A DNA stretch of 64,000 nucleotides, taken from NCBI RefSeq assembly GCF_030028105.1, contig NC_092380.1:62493717-62557716 (forward strand), given 5' to 3'. Positions 1 to 13,119 of the stretch are shown in pieces; positions within the stretch are counted from its first letter, which is position 1, and the number at the start of each line of letters is the position of its first letter. The notes under the pieces are model-generated. The model saw nothing but the letters and a program-made list of their open reading frames with translations. It made no database searches and was not told the DNA's origin. Source of the DNA: Mobula birostris (lineage: Eukaryota). The position numbers were made by a program, and so were the translations under genes.

Positions 1-309
1 ATTGCCAGGATTTATACCAAGTGAAAAAGCTATGTATATGGTCAGTATGGTCTGCAACTTGACAGGAACATCTTGAGAAATGAAATATAGCTAATGTAAT
101 AACTGTTCAATGTGAGACAAGGCTTAATCAGCTGATCATAAGTTGGTAAAAAAATTAATAATCCATAATTTGAGACTGTGTTAATGAATAAACAACCAGG
201 ATCTATATATAGTCATAAAATTATTCTTCGAAGTGGCTGATAAATAAAATAAATAGCAGATTAATTTGCAGAAGGCATTTAGTAAGCTGCTTGAAGGATA
301 AGTCAATCA

Positions 310-495
310 TAAACATAAGAAATTCTGCAGATGCTGGAAATCCAAAGCAAAACACACAAGATGCTGGAGGAACTCAGCAGGCATTCTGACATCTTTCCCC
401 TTCCTTTCCAATCCCAAAAGGCCTCGGTCTGAAACATCATTTCCATGGATGCTGTCTGACCAGCTAAGTTCCTCCAGCATTTTGTAAGTGTTGCT
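310..495. mobile_element. Short palindromic Penelope-like (PLE) terminal remnant
   Basis: Inverted copies of the terminal motif (ACACAAGATGCTGGAGGAACTCAGCAGGCA ... CAGCTAAGTTCCTCCAGCATTTTGT). Same family as 13.5, 24.6 and 57.2 kb. Confidence 0.6.
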
Positions 496-859
496 TTAAA
501 GGACAAGCCTATCCAAATAATCTGAAAATTTCTAATCCGGTCGATGAGTGAAGATGCATTTACAAGGGAAAGGAGCAAAAATAAGTTTTGAAAACACTTC
601 CAACATAAAAATCAGAAACACAACTTGATCAGATTTTGTTCTCAAATATCACAAGAACACCTAATCACTTCCTTGCAAACCATCATCACTCCTGCGCCAC
701 AGGAACAGTGAAAAGGGAATTTTTAGTTAGAAAGCTAGAATACTTCTGATTTGGATTTATTTTGGGTGTGCCTTGATATACAAGACAACAATCTTCAAGG
801 TGATAAGTAGTGCAGTAATTTTCTTCGTATCTTGATTGAATAGGTAAATACGTGTAGAA

Positions 860-1620
860 TAGCACAGATAAATGTGAAATTATACAATTTATTTGAAAAC
901 AAAGATAATATTATTTGAATGGTGGCAAATTAGAAAATGTTAATATATGTGGGAGTTCTTGCACACCTATCATTCAAAGTAAACACACAGGTCTATCAAG
1001 TACTTAAGCAGACTGATATTTTGGCCTTCAAAATCAGAGGATTTGAAAACGAGAACAAGGATGTCACACAATGATTATTTTTAATGAGACCACATTTTCA
1101 ATATCTGGACTCCCTTACCCAAAGTAAAATATACTTGTCCAAATACAACAAGGACTGATCAAATACAATCAGCAGACTGATTGTTGGAATGCCAAGATGT
1201 CATATGGAGAACAATGAAGTGAACTTAGCTTATATTCACCAGAGTTTAGAAGAATGAAAAATGATCTCATTGAAACATTCAAAAATCTCTCAGGATGAAA
1301 ATGGCTGGGTGCAGGGAGGATGTTTCTCTTGCCTGGGGGATCTAGAATCGGGGAACACAGGATATGGGTGAGACACTTAGGATGAAGAAGTAGAGGAATT
1401 TCTTCACCTGGGAGAGGTGTGGAATTTTTTACTTTAGAAGACCACGGAGACTGTCAGTGAATATATTTAAAAAGGAGAATTAGAGACACAAATGACTTCA
1501 AGGATATTGTAAGATGGAGGTGGAAGTAGAAAGTAAAAGTAAATGAAAAAGTAAAAACATGGTAATATGATAGAGGATCAGACATGATTATATTCAAGAG
1601 CAAAGCAAACACGAAGAGTC
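860..1620 (+). mobile_element. Degraded CR1-type LINE 3' fragment
   Basis: Decayed CR1 ORF2 C-terminal/3' motifs (GAGTTTAGAAGAATGA..GATCTCATTGAAACA, GGATGTTTC..GGGGGATCTAGAA) shared with other CR1 copies in the window. Confidence 0.55.
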
Positions 1621-1663
1621 AAATGGCCCCTCTTCTGCGCTATTTGCATTTGAGCGTACATAC

Positions 1664-1754
1664 CTGTGCGTCTGTCGGGTGGGATGGGAAGAGTTCACTT
1701 GCAACATCATGGAAATTATTGCATACAAAGTGGAAACAAGCCAACAGATTGACC
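1664..1754 (-). other. Candidate internal exon of an unidentified minus-strand gene
   Basis: 91-nt non-repeat segment bounded on the minus strand by gtttgtgttcag| and CAG|gtatgt. Two of three frames are open. No homolog recognised. Confidence 0.3.
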
Positions 1755-2445
1755 CTGAACACAAACATACTTCTGGCTCTGACTAACTGTGATGCCCTCG
1801 TACATTACGTCAAAAATCACAGCTAAAGTTAACACATGGAGGATTCACTTTGAATGGAAGCTTACAGCAGGAGAAAAAAAAACTACGTGAAAACCACAAT
1901 AACTTTAGAAAAAATATCTACCTTCATAATTCCACTATTTAAACACCATCTAGACTGAACTCCCACCAGTAACACCTGCCCTATCCAAATTCATATCAGA
2001 TTGAGAAGATGGATTTGATCACCTTTCAGTCTCTGGAAGTTCAGAAGACTATTTTTGGATTTGTAAAATAAAAATAATATCATTCTGGCTTGATTTCCCT
2101 AAATGCTCTGACAGTTACTCTATTTTCTTAACTATATTAATTGGTCCAACCCCACCACTCTCAAGTAATCAAAAAGATGACTACCCTTTCAGATAAATGC
2201 AAGCTAGCCCAGGTTACAAAAGCCTGATTTATGGACGTCCCTACATATAATGAGATCTACTAATATTATAAAATTCAAAAGTATGGCATTTGTACAAATT
2301 CCCCTTTTATGAAATGGACAGTAGTATTCTGTCCCTCGACTCTTAGCAATTGTTCTTTCTTATTATTAGTGATTTTGATGTCCTTCATTACAAGTATATG
2401 GTTGCATTTTATTTTAGATATTTAATCTCCCACTTTGGCAGTTTG

Positions 2446-3860
2446 ATGTACCCCACCCACTTCAAGCAGCCTTTAATTATACCGGTCCCTAAGAAGAACG
2501 TAGTAATGACTATCGTTCTGTACCACTTACATCCACAGCAATGAAGTACTTTTAAGAAGTTGGTGATGAAACATATCATTTCTTGCCTGAGAAGCTCCAA
2601 TTTGCTTACTGGGGCAACAGGTCCACAGGACGTAATTTCATTTACTCTTCACTCGACCCTGGAACATCTGGACAGCAAAGACCCATACATCAAGATGTTC
2701 TAACAGCTACAGCTCAGCATGCAATGCCATCATCCCCTCAAAGCTCATCAATAAGCTTCAAGAACTTGGTCTCAATACCTCCTTGTGCAATTGGATCCTC
2801 AATTTCCTCACTTGCAGGCCTCGGTCAGTTCGGATTGGCAACAGCATCACCACAATCTCCACCAGTTCAAGAGCATCACAAGGCTATGTTCTTAGTGCCT
2901 GTTTTACTTGCTTTACACTTTTGACTGTGTGGCTAAGCACAGCTCCAATGCCGCGTTCAAATTTGCTGTCGTAGGCCGAATCAAAGGTGGTGATGACACA
3001 GCATATAGGAGGGAGACTGAAAGTCTGGCTAAGTGGTGCCATAACAACAACCTCCTACTCAATGCCAGCAAAACCAAGGTGCTGGTTATTGACTTCAGGA
3101 GGAAGACACCAGAGGTCCATGAGCCGGTCATTATTGGAGGATCAGCAATGTTAAGCTCCTCGGTGTAATTATTTCACGAAATCTGTCCTGGGTCCAGCAT
3201 TTATGTGCAAATATGAAGAAAGCACGGTAGCACCTCTACCTCCTTAGAAGTTTGTGTAGATTCAGCATGACATCTAAAACTTTAACAAACTTTTGTAGAT
3301 GTGTCGTGGAGAACATATTAATTGGCTGCATCATACCCTGGTACTGAAACACCAATGTCCTTGAACGGAAAATCTGACAAAAACTAGTGGATACGGCCCA
3401 GTCCATCATGAGGAAAGCCTTCCCCACCACTGAGGACATCTACATGAAGCACTGTCATAGGAAAGCAGCATCCATCATCAGGTACCCCCACTACCCAGGC
3501 CATGCTCTCCTCTCGCTGCTGCTGTCAGGAAGGTACAGAAGCCTCAGGACTCATTACACCAGGTTTAGAAACATTTATTACCCCTCAACCATCAGGCTTT
3601 TGAATTAGAGGGGATAACTTCACTGACCCCATCACAAAAATGTTCCCACAACCTGTAGGCTCACTTTCAGGGACTGTCTCATGTTCTTGATATTTATTGG
3701 TTATTCACTTTGTATTATTTCTTTCTCTTGGTGTTTGCACAGATTGCTGCTTTTCGCTCACTGGCTGAACACCCAAGTTGATGTCGTCTTTCGTCGATTC
3801 CATTATGGTTATTATTCTATTATGGATTTATTAAGTATGCCCACAAGAAAATTAATCTCA
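2446..3860 (+). mobile_element. Rex1/Babar-like LINE, 5'-truncated, frameshifted RT and 3' end
   Basis: ORF fragments [96 protein letters not shown]. Confidence 0.8.
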
Positions 3861-3879
3861 GGCCTGCACCGCACAATAA

Positions 3880-4060
3880 TAGCTACGTGACCAATTAGCC
3901 TATTAACCCATACGTTACTAGGATGTGGGCGAAGCCTAGAGCATCAGGAGGAAATCCACGTGGTCATGGGGAGATCATACAAACTCCTTAAAGCCAGCAG
4001 CGGGCACTGAGCACAGGCCACTGGTGCTGTAAAGCAATATGCTAACCCCGACACCAGCAT
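3880..4060 (-). mobile_element. Degraded SINE (HE1/V-SINE-like)
   Basis: Resembles the reverse complement of the shark/fish V-SINE core (GGATGTGGG..GAGGAAATCCACGTGGTCATGGGGAGA..TACAAACTCCTTA). Recognised from memory. Confidence 0.5.
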
Positions 4061-7000
4061 GCGATTAACACGCTGAGTGATCTTTGAGTCTGTTCTGACT
4101 TCTGGACAAAAGTCAACTCACGAGCGTCTGTAAAAACAGAACCTGTCGATCGTCTCTACTCAGATTTGCTTTGCTTTCACCATAATACAGATTTGCTCTT
4201 TTGCTGGAATTGTTTCTCCTTCATTCACTGCCCGCCTACTTTACCTGGTGTTCCTCCACTCCATGTAGTCCAGTCCTGCTGCTGCTGCTACTGCAAGTCC
4301 TCAACGTGTTGTTTCTTTACTACCCTTCAGCTATCCTCTTACTCATTGAGGTATCACTTTTCAGTTTCGTTCCACCTAAACTGCATTGTTTTCAGACAGA
4401 CCCTTGTCATTCCTGTCTGCTTTCTTCATCCAGAGGGTACTGAATCTTCACGATGAACGACATATACAGTGAAGGCAATAAAGGGAAGGATGGAAAGGTT
4501 AGCCTTGTTTTCCTTAGTGCAAGAATTGTATGCCAAGAAAAAAAGATCAGAGACTCTATTGAATGGGGAAGCAAGCATATTGGGTCAAATAGTCTATTTC
4601 TGCTTTCATTTCTTATGGTTATGTTACTTTGAGCTTGTATATCATTAATATCTTTGATTTTTTTTTGTTTTTATTCTCAGTGTTCTATCTTCACCTTAAC
4701 ATAATTCCACTGACAACTCTTTTTGAATGCCCATGTCTTGTCACTGAAAGTTCCACTATGTATATGGTTATTATTGTGAATCACTGGAAAATAGACACAA
4801 AAGTTTGAAATCTCTAATTTCTTACCTTATTTCCCCTTTTAAAATATGACTTTGCAATCAGAAATATTCATTACAATCCCATCGATTAAACCCTAAGAGT
4901 CTTCAACTATTAAAAGCTTTGACAATCAAGACTGTCACAGCTATTGGTTTCATTAAAAGAATCCAGAGTTCAGCTCTAAAACTGTTTACTTCACATCTTT
5001 TACTGAAATTCTCATCTATGGTTTACCTCCTGACATAATGACTCTAGTGTTGCTCTGCCCAACCTTCCATCTATCTTCAGACATAACTCCGTCTGAACCC
5101 TTAATTTCTAGCTCAGTAGGAACCATTGATTGCCATATCCTAAACCACCTTATTCCCCTGGCTTAGTGACTGTCAGAACTGCAAACTTAAAAATTCTCAC
5201 TTCATGTTTAAATAATTTTCCAGCTTCATCTACCCAAATTCTAAGTCCCTATGAATCTATCACTTTCTACTTTTGATAGCAAGGATTAAGTGCCACTCAA
5301 ACACAATTTCTAGCCCTCCCACCAACATTTATAGCCAACAGGGCTCTAAATGGGTATGTCCAGAAAAGAACAGCAGATTTTATGTATTAATAAATTTGTC
5401 TTTTACCAAGTTTATTTTTTATTTTAAAGCATATTGATTCATCCTCCTAATCAACATCTAAAATCATTCTCTTCAGCTGCTACCTACGTTCCTCAAGATC
5501 ATTAATGAGTTAACTCATCTTAGATGGTAAGCAAGATCCTTGAATTATTAATTCATTCAGAAGTTATGCTCCTCACATCTATTCTGCAAACACTTTCACC
5601 TTCAAAATAGAAAATGACTCCAAACTTACTCTAAAGTTCTAGTATATTCCTAGGCTCAATCTTTCCTAATTTTTTGCTAGCTGGCTTCCTCTCTTTTCCT
5701 CCCAATTACTTGCTTTAATATTTTTCATACCAGTCAACGTGTAGCCTCAAAGGCAGTTAGCGTGGATACCAGTCAGTGTGGATGTTTTTAGGCTCCTGTT
5801 CTCGTTGATGATAGTAACGAGAAATGGGCATGCCATATAAAGCTAGATAAGACGAATTTGACAAACCGCTTCTCTCAAAAGATAATCTTCCCTTCTTCTC
5901 CCCTACCAGTGTTCTGAAGAGATCCCCTCATCCATGCCATGAACCTTGAGGATTCTATGGTTTATGTTTCCATATTCACTTACTGAGCAGCCGCAAACCA
6001 TACTGTGCTTTATCTTCTCCCTTCCCAATGTTCAGGGCTCAAATCAATCTTTCACTTGGAAAGCATGAGACACAAGCTTCTTCTAATTAACATGCTACAT
6101 TCTCCACTCATATTGTAAGTACTGAAGAAAATGAACACGGCCTTTGCCAGTCCACAAATGTGACTGAACACATTCTCCCTTTCACTTCTTCTCCCATTAT
6201 ACCTTCAAGATACTCATGTGCCAATGAAACCTGGGGAACAATATTGCAGCTAAATGATAGGTACTTGATGTTGAAGCCAGAGGCTACAATTTCAGAACAT
6301 TGATTTTTAGTCTAGCAATTTCAGACAATTATTTTGTGTCACCCTTTTACAGCCATTCCAGATCAGAATTTTCATATTTTTAAATCCCTATTTCAGTTTT
6401 CATTATCATTCCTTTTGTCATTTTCTTAGTCCTACTTTTCATCCTATTACAGGCATTCCCAATAAGTTCAACTCACCTTTCAACTGCACTTTAAAATCTG
6501 CTTTATCAACTTTTCCTGGTTCTGCCAGTATGTTAACTCCTTTTCTTTTGCCATTTCATGAGAACATTCCTACATTTTCTATTTCAGATTTCTAACATTT
6601 AAAACACTTTGCTTCTCTACATCAAGTCAGAGAAAATGTCATTAAAATTTCACTAGTACATGGCATACCATGCAACTGCTACCCTTTGAATATTGGTACA
6701 CTTACACGTTTTCTTGGTAAACTAGCAAACAAATGTGCCTCCTATTTCTTTAGTTTGCATTATTGCTTGATCTTTATACTCTCCAAACATCCTGCCATCA
6801 TTTGATCCACACTCTATGATACACTAACCCAAGAATACTACCATTCTTTTATATATACCAATATTTGGAAGCAATCAATTGCACACAATGAGATAGAGCA
6901 GATGCGAGAAGTTTTATACAAAATAGAAAATACTAGAAAAATGAATGGACGCAGAGAAAACATGCAATATTTCACATCAAAGAACAGTTCTCGCCCCCGA

Positions 7001-7339
7001 AACGTTAGCCCTGTTTCCCTTTCACAGATGCTTCGTGTTTCCAGCATTTTCTGTATATAGTTTAGATACCTACAATCCGGGTATAGTCACTATTAAGTGC
7101 AGACACCATCTTGGACATACTGGAATGAAATTGTGTGTGTATATAATCTATCCCACATATAGTGACACGCTCCTGAATGTACATTCCACCCTGACATACT
7201 GCTGGATGGAGTGTGTACCGAAAGCACTGGCACACTACTGCACGTACACTCTTCACAAGATCAACCATCCCCGTATGTGTCCCTCGTTCTATTCTTAGAT
7301 ACCTGCTAAGGCTTCTTTCCTTCAGGCTCTGGTTCCAAA

Positions 7340-7620
7340 CTCGACTCCAACTTCTCTAACACCCACCATGCACATCACCTTTGCGCCTCTCCGGACCCCC
7401 CGGAACTGCACACCCACACAATTGGGCCGCGCACATAGGTTCCTAGCGGCGGCAGCCGCTGTGTACACGTGACCGGCAGTGACGCATGAGGGTCAAAGCA
7501 GCATGGCCGATTCAGACAGAGCAGAGGGCGGCTTGCGCTTCTGAGGTTGAACTTCACGCCTGGTACTCGATTTGCGATTTGGTGCTGCAGCATGGCGCTG
7601 TTTACTTAGCTGCTTCTTAA
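7340..7620 (-). promoter_or_regulatory. CpG-rich promoter / first-exon candidate
   Basis: Local CpG/GC enrichment in an AT-rich background. E-box CACGTGAC at 7466-7473, CRE-like TGACGCA at 7480-7486. Minus-strand ATG at 7436 followed by donor AAG|gtgatg at 7379. Confidence 0.5.
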
Positions 7621-8954
7621 TCGTTAAGCAGAGAATGTCTTCATGTAAAATAATGAATAATTTAAAAAGACACCAGATCTACGGTGAAAAACAACACCGA
7701 AATCCGAAAGACACGGAAATTGGTGATCAAACAAGAGAAGCAACTGTCGCTTCTGTTCATTAGTACCAAATTTGAAGTGCGGATTGCATTTTAACCAGAC
7801 CATCCAAATTCTAAAAGGTCATACTGTAGCTACAAAAACGTATTGTTCTGAGAACATAAAATAAATGGGATTTTGCAAGGAATTTATGAATTACTTGTTA
7901 AGGCCCTAACTTTTATGTATAAAATTTTCTAAACTACTCATGAGAAAAGAAAGTAAGCTTTACTTTACAAAAATATATTTATTTATGAGGTACATACCAA
8001 GGATCAGTGATTGAAATCATTTGAGTTATTCACCATGGAATGATGAGTTACGAAGTGAACTAGGATTAACTTTCAAGATGAGAGTATTTCCAACTAAGAA
8101 AAAAGATCTAGAATGCAGACAGAGAGAGCATGTTCCCCTTGTGTGCTGGGATCTTGGAATATCCTAAATTGAATGGCGGTTAAAGATTGCCATAATTTTA
8201 ATGGACAGATATTCGAGGATGAAGAGCAGAGTCATGAACAAAACAACAGGAAGGAGGATGTACTCTTGCAGAGAGCTAGCACAGCAACAAAAAGCCAAAT
8301 GGCTTCCTTCATGCTGTAAGTCTCTGGTTGTGGAACATCAAAACATATTTTGGAATATGTATCAAAAACCATGATTCAACTGTTTTTCTTAAAATAGACA
8401 TAAAAGATAATAACCTAATAGTTTATGGGAGGAATTTCTGACTGCGGTATAGCCTGCTGATGAAAAGGCTGGATCTGTAAAGTACTGGAGTCAATGGAAT
8501 TTGGAGTACAAGGATATAATGTTAAGACTGGATAAATTGGTCAAATGAGCATTGTAATAGTCAGTTGCTGGGATTCTAAAAGCGATGGCCATGAGAATTT
8601 TCATAATCATCAAGCTAAGGGAAGGATGGAAATGGGGAATGCCATGGAAAGTTACAAGAAAACAGTAATTAAAATGGAAGCTCCAACTCCCTGGGAGCTG
8701 ACACTGCAATAAGCCAAAGGACCTCCAGCAGTATAAGAACATTCAATGAAGCTTGTACTGGAGAATGGAAACATCAACTGGTCAAACTGGTTGAATGGCC
8801 AATGATCCGGTTAACTGGAATCCACCTTATTGCACCACAACATTCAAACTCTTTAAAGCACACTTAGCCCAAACATTCAATATAACGCCAAAATCTACTA
8901 CACGGTTATCATGTTCGAAATCTAATGATTTGATAAACATATTCAGATGTTTCA

Positions 8955-9125
8955 CGCAACTCACACAAAATGCTGAAGGAACTCAGCAGGCCAAGCAAAT
9001 CTATGGAAAAGAGTAGCCAACGCGTTGGGCTGAGACCCTTCATCAGGACTGGGCAAAAAAAGCTGAGGAGTCAAGAGTTAGAAGGTGGGAGGAAGAAACA
9101 CAAGGTGATAGGTGAAACCGGGGGG
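8955..9125 (-). mobile_element. Penelope-like terminal fragment with hammerhead-like motif
   Basis: ACACAAAATGCTGAAGGAACTCAGCAGGCCA terminus. Minus strand 9051-9014 reads CAGTC-CTGATGA-AGGGTCTCAGCCC. Confidence 0.65.
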
Positions 9126-10179
9126 GGGGGGGGGGAGGTGGGGGAGAACTTCAATGGCTTACATAGAGTAGGAAAACTGAAGAAGGCAGTGAGTGAGCAA
9201 CATATTGAATAAGTGTGGGATAAAGTTTGCAAACAACAAGATCTCATTATAAATTAATGACCAGTAAACTTGTTGCACAGGTCATGGAAAAATTTTAGTC
9301 AGTGTATTGGAAAGCTCCCTTTTTTTGTGAAACCAAATGTCCCAGCTGAGCTGATAGAGGTCTTACTGAATTTATTATTGTAAACATAAAATCTCTAATT
9401 ATGTGGTTCTCTACTTATAGTGAATCCAGGTTATGATCTTAGGTTATGCAATTTTATGAGAACCTCACCCAAGTTTTAGCTTTTATCTCCTTATTTTAGT
9501 TCTGTGTCTCCTAACAATAATTTGAGTCTATGACCCTTTATTCTAGGCTCCTTAGTGCAAAAACACAATTTCCCCACATTTACACTGTCAAGACTTCTAA
9601 GCATTGTGTACATTTCAATGAAGGAATTTCTCATTCTTCTAAATCATGTAAAGTGGTCCAAACTATCAACTTCTCTTTATATGACAGATCTGCTATCCCA
9701 GGAACTAGTCTGGTGAATCTTCACTGTATTCCTTCTATAGCAAGTTTATCTTTTTCCCCTTGGGTAAGATAACCATAATCGTGTGCATTTGATGCGTCCA
9801 CCAAGCCACCTGGTTTTGATCAAGCTTTTAGTCCTCTGTTGCAGTATCTCCTTTTGTGCATTAACTTTCATTTAATGATGCTTCTGTGATGATCCTGGAA
9901 GTGTTTGTGGCATTGAATAAGCTGCGTAAATGCAATTTATTGTTGCTCCATACTGATGATCCCTATGTGCAACGCAGCAGTCGTGGAAACAAAGCTTTTG
10001 TACAATAATTACCGTCTGAACTGTGAGCTAAAACTTGGCCCTTCAATGCAGTGAAAAAGTGCCACAAATCAGGAACAAGTCGCAATGAATGAAAAAAAAA
10101 ATGGAGGGCTCCGTGGGAGGAAAGGGTTACTCTTGGAACAGGTTAAAAGACGATCATGGGCTGAAGGGCCTGTAACATG

Positions 10180-10680
10180 CTGTCTTAAACAGTGAGAGGT
10201 TTTGGGCATCGTGTCTAAGAAAAAGAAGTGCTGGTGAAGAAGTGGGTCTGGAGGAGGTTATGAGAATTATCTCAGCGATGAAAGGGTTAACATATGAGGA
10301 GCTTTTGCTGGCTGTTGAATTGTACTCGAAACCTCATTGATACCTGCCAAATTTATTCACTGGTCTGGATAGAATGAACGTAAGGAAGGTGCTTACAGTA
10401 ATGGTAGAGTCATGGACCGGAGGGCACGTTTATACCGGAAGATAGAAGGATGTCCCTTCAGAGAAGAGCAGAAATTTCTTAAGCTAGAGGGTGGTAAATC
10501 TGTGGAATTCTCTGCCACAGGCGTGTGTGGAGAGCCAAGTCATTCGCTATACAGTATTTAAAACGGAGGTTGATAGGTTCTTGATTAGTAAGGGCGCCAA
10601 AGGCTACAGAGAAAAGGCAGGTGGGGAAAAAATAAAACAGTCACGATGGAATGGCCGAGCAGACTCAATGGGCAGTCTTG
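10180..10680 (+). mobile_element. CR1 LINE 3' fragment
   Basis: ORF piece VNLWNSLPQ..FKTEVDRFLISKG is the typical CR1 ORF2 C-terminus. Confidence 0.75.
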
Positions 10681-11299
10681 GTGGTACTTTAACCTCCTTC
10701 AGCACATCTTCTCTTGGAACGTGCGCCCTATTTTTAATCTCTTCAATGCGACTCTATGCTTGATAATACTTTTAAAATGTGGCAAGGAAAATTTTGTAGA
10801 CTTAAGTGCTCTATGCAAAGCAACTCGTTAAGAGGAAATGGCTCTGTTAAAAGCTTTATACGTTCCAAATAAATACATGTAATTCATTTTAAAGTGCATC
10901 ATCAAAAGTATCCGGAAATTAAAACAGTTCATAAGGCACTTCACAAAGTCCGCTACAAATTGGTTAAGTTTGAATTGGAAATTCTACTTGGCACGTAATA
11001 AGTTGCATTGGGATGAAAATGTTAGTCTATGGATGTTCACGTAAATTGTATTGTGATATTTGTTTAATAGGATACCTGTGCCAAACCTTTCATTCATAAT
11101 TGAGGATTCTGTGTCGAGCAGTTCATTAAAATTAGACATACCCACTAAGGGTGCATTATTGGATATTTCTACGTAGAATTGCCCTGAATGTTTAGTAATG
11201 TGCATTACACATAATACACGATGTATTCAGTTTCCTGAGCAGTTATTCACCCCCAAGTTATACATCTCCCCAAACCACCTCCTCACAGAGACTTATTTC

Positions 11300-11450
11300 T
11301 ACTGTACGTGACTTCAGACACGACCACTTGCCCGGGTCCCTTCAATCCCATTCTAGCGTAATCGCGCATCTTCGTTGCGTGATATGTAGAATATGTACGT
11401 GATGCATTATGACTCTCAGTTTAAATAGAGCGTCATCGAAGCGTGCAGTT
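11300..11450 (+). promoter_or_regulatory. LDHA: LDHA promoter with clustered HIF-type RCGTG sites and TATA-like box
   Basis: TACGTG 11305-11310, TGCGTG 11376-11381, TACGTG 11396-11401, TTTAAATA 11420-11427, GCGTG 11441-11445. Start of a CpG-rich zone extending to about 12.65 kb. Confidence 0.7.
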
Positions 11451-11478
11451 CACTGCAGCATTTGCTCAGAGGAAGAAG
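11447..11478 (+). other. LDHA: LDHA non-coding exon 1 (start approximate)
   Basis: About 25-30 nt downstream of the TATA-like box, ending at a strong donor AAG|gtaagg. Vertebrate LDHA has a non-coding first exon, and exon 2 begins with an acceptor 5 nt before the ATG. Confidence 0.6.
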
Positions 11479-11768
11479 GTAAGGTGTGGCGTGGCAGGGA
11501 TGGATGGATGGATGGCTAACTTATCAAACTATATAGCTTCAGCATGTCCAAACGTATTGCATGAATTTTGTGGTAGCGATTACGAAATATTACATGTTAT
11601 AAATTGCAATTCATTTTTGTTAAGTAGTATTTGTATGTGATTATTTTGCATCGCCGGTTTAAAAATACTGCCGATCCTTTTATAGATTAGTACAATAATA
11701 TAGAGTAAGTATAGTTTCACATTTGTTGTGTTTAATATGGTTTTATTAAAATGGTGGATTCCTGTTTA

Positions 11769-11810
11769 TGATACTTGGTTCCTGATGTGATACTTGGTTC
11801 CTGATGTGAT
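11769..11810. repeat. 19-bp direct tandem duplication (TGATACTTGGTTCCTGATG x2)
   Basis: Read directly from the sequence. Confidence 0.85.
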
Positions 11811-13119
11811 GGCGTAAGGCTTGTCTTACTGTGTATATAAACACCAACGGATACGAGTGACCTGTCTGAAGGATCCTCGGTATGCGAATTTACAATAAAT
11901 TAACCCGCAACAAGACCATAAATCGCCCTAATCTGGATTTCCAGATCGGCTCCGATATGGGGCTCAATTCAGGTTGAATCTTGGCGTAAATGATTTGTTC
12001 TTTGATCCAGCAACGTCGATGCACTGCATACGATGCCCTCTGGTTGCAGTAAAGTAATTCGGCCATTGCCCTCAGTCGTTTTCTAGAGTGGTTTGCATGC
12101 TCAGTACGCGTGGTTGACTATAGTCCACTTGTTATGGTGGAGTTGGATATAGAGAGTATGCGAAGTGACTGGTGATCATTTTGAGGGCTTAGAAGTTGAA
12201 ATAAGTAAATACAATTTTCACTTAAATAGAATCGAGGCTTCTTGTCCACTTTGGCTATGGGAATAAACTTAAATGCTCGTAGCCCCGCTGGGGCGAATGC
12301 GACGCGCCTAATGGCACGTCTTATTCTGAATAGTTCCTGTAAAATGATTTCGAAAATGCCTGTGACAAATTCATTTGCAAAATGCTGCCTCTAGAGGGAA
12401 ACGAGTTGGGAGTGCGTGGCTCTTACAGCTCCGTCGTCGTGTGTAAGGCGTTGGTTGTTCCTCATTGTTTCTTCGCAGTGCCTCGGTTTTCTCCCTGAGT
12501 GGGTGGTCATTGTAAATTGTCCTGTGATTCGGCTGGTGTTAAACGGGTGGGTTGCGGGCCTGTCCAGCTCGTAGGGCCAAACGGCCTGTGTCCCTAAGTA
12601 AGACTAAAAGGAGCACGTGACAATGCATCCGGTTTCAAAGCCGGGATGCAGATGTAGAGATTCTCAGATTTTGGAGGTGTGATTGACTAAGGTATAGTGG
12701 AGTAATTAAATTCAGAGTTTAAGAGAACAAAATTTTTTGGAAAGTCGAATCTTAACTCTGGGGCAGAAGACAGGAGTTGATCAGGGTTAGTGGGAACGGC
12801 AGGTGAATTGAATTGACTTTTATTTCTTCACATATGTGAGGAGTAAAAATCACTACGTTACATCTCTGAATGTGCAATGTACAAATTAGAGTAATTTGTA
12901 ATAGTATGTGCAGTAAAATGTACAACAGAACAGTCAATATAGCTTAGAAATACAAATGTGTCAACATGAATTAATCAGTCCGTTGGCCTGGTGGAAGAAG
13001 CTATTCCGGAGCCTGTTGGTCCTGGCTTTAATGCATACATATCCCATATGGTTCCCCTGAGTGAAAATGATGAAAATTATACCCCTGAAGCTGGTATAGT
13101 TCAGTAAGTACTGTTAATG

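Noticed and set aside
4166-4456. Cys/Leu-rich ORFs around a short (CTG)n run
   Set aside because: Composition is driven by pyrimidine-rich sequence and a 4-unit triplet repeat. No supported gene model on the plus strand.
9120-9135. Poly-G/poly-C tracts (also ~17517, ~31586, ~50758) as G-quadruplex elements
   Set aside because: Simple homopolymers, mostly within or next to TE remnants, with no evidence of function.
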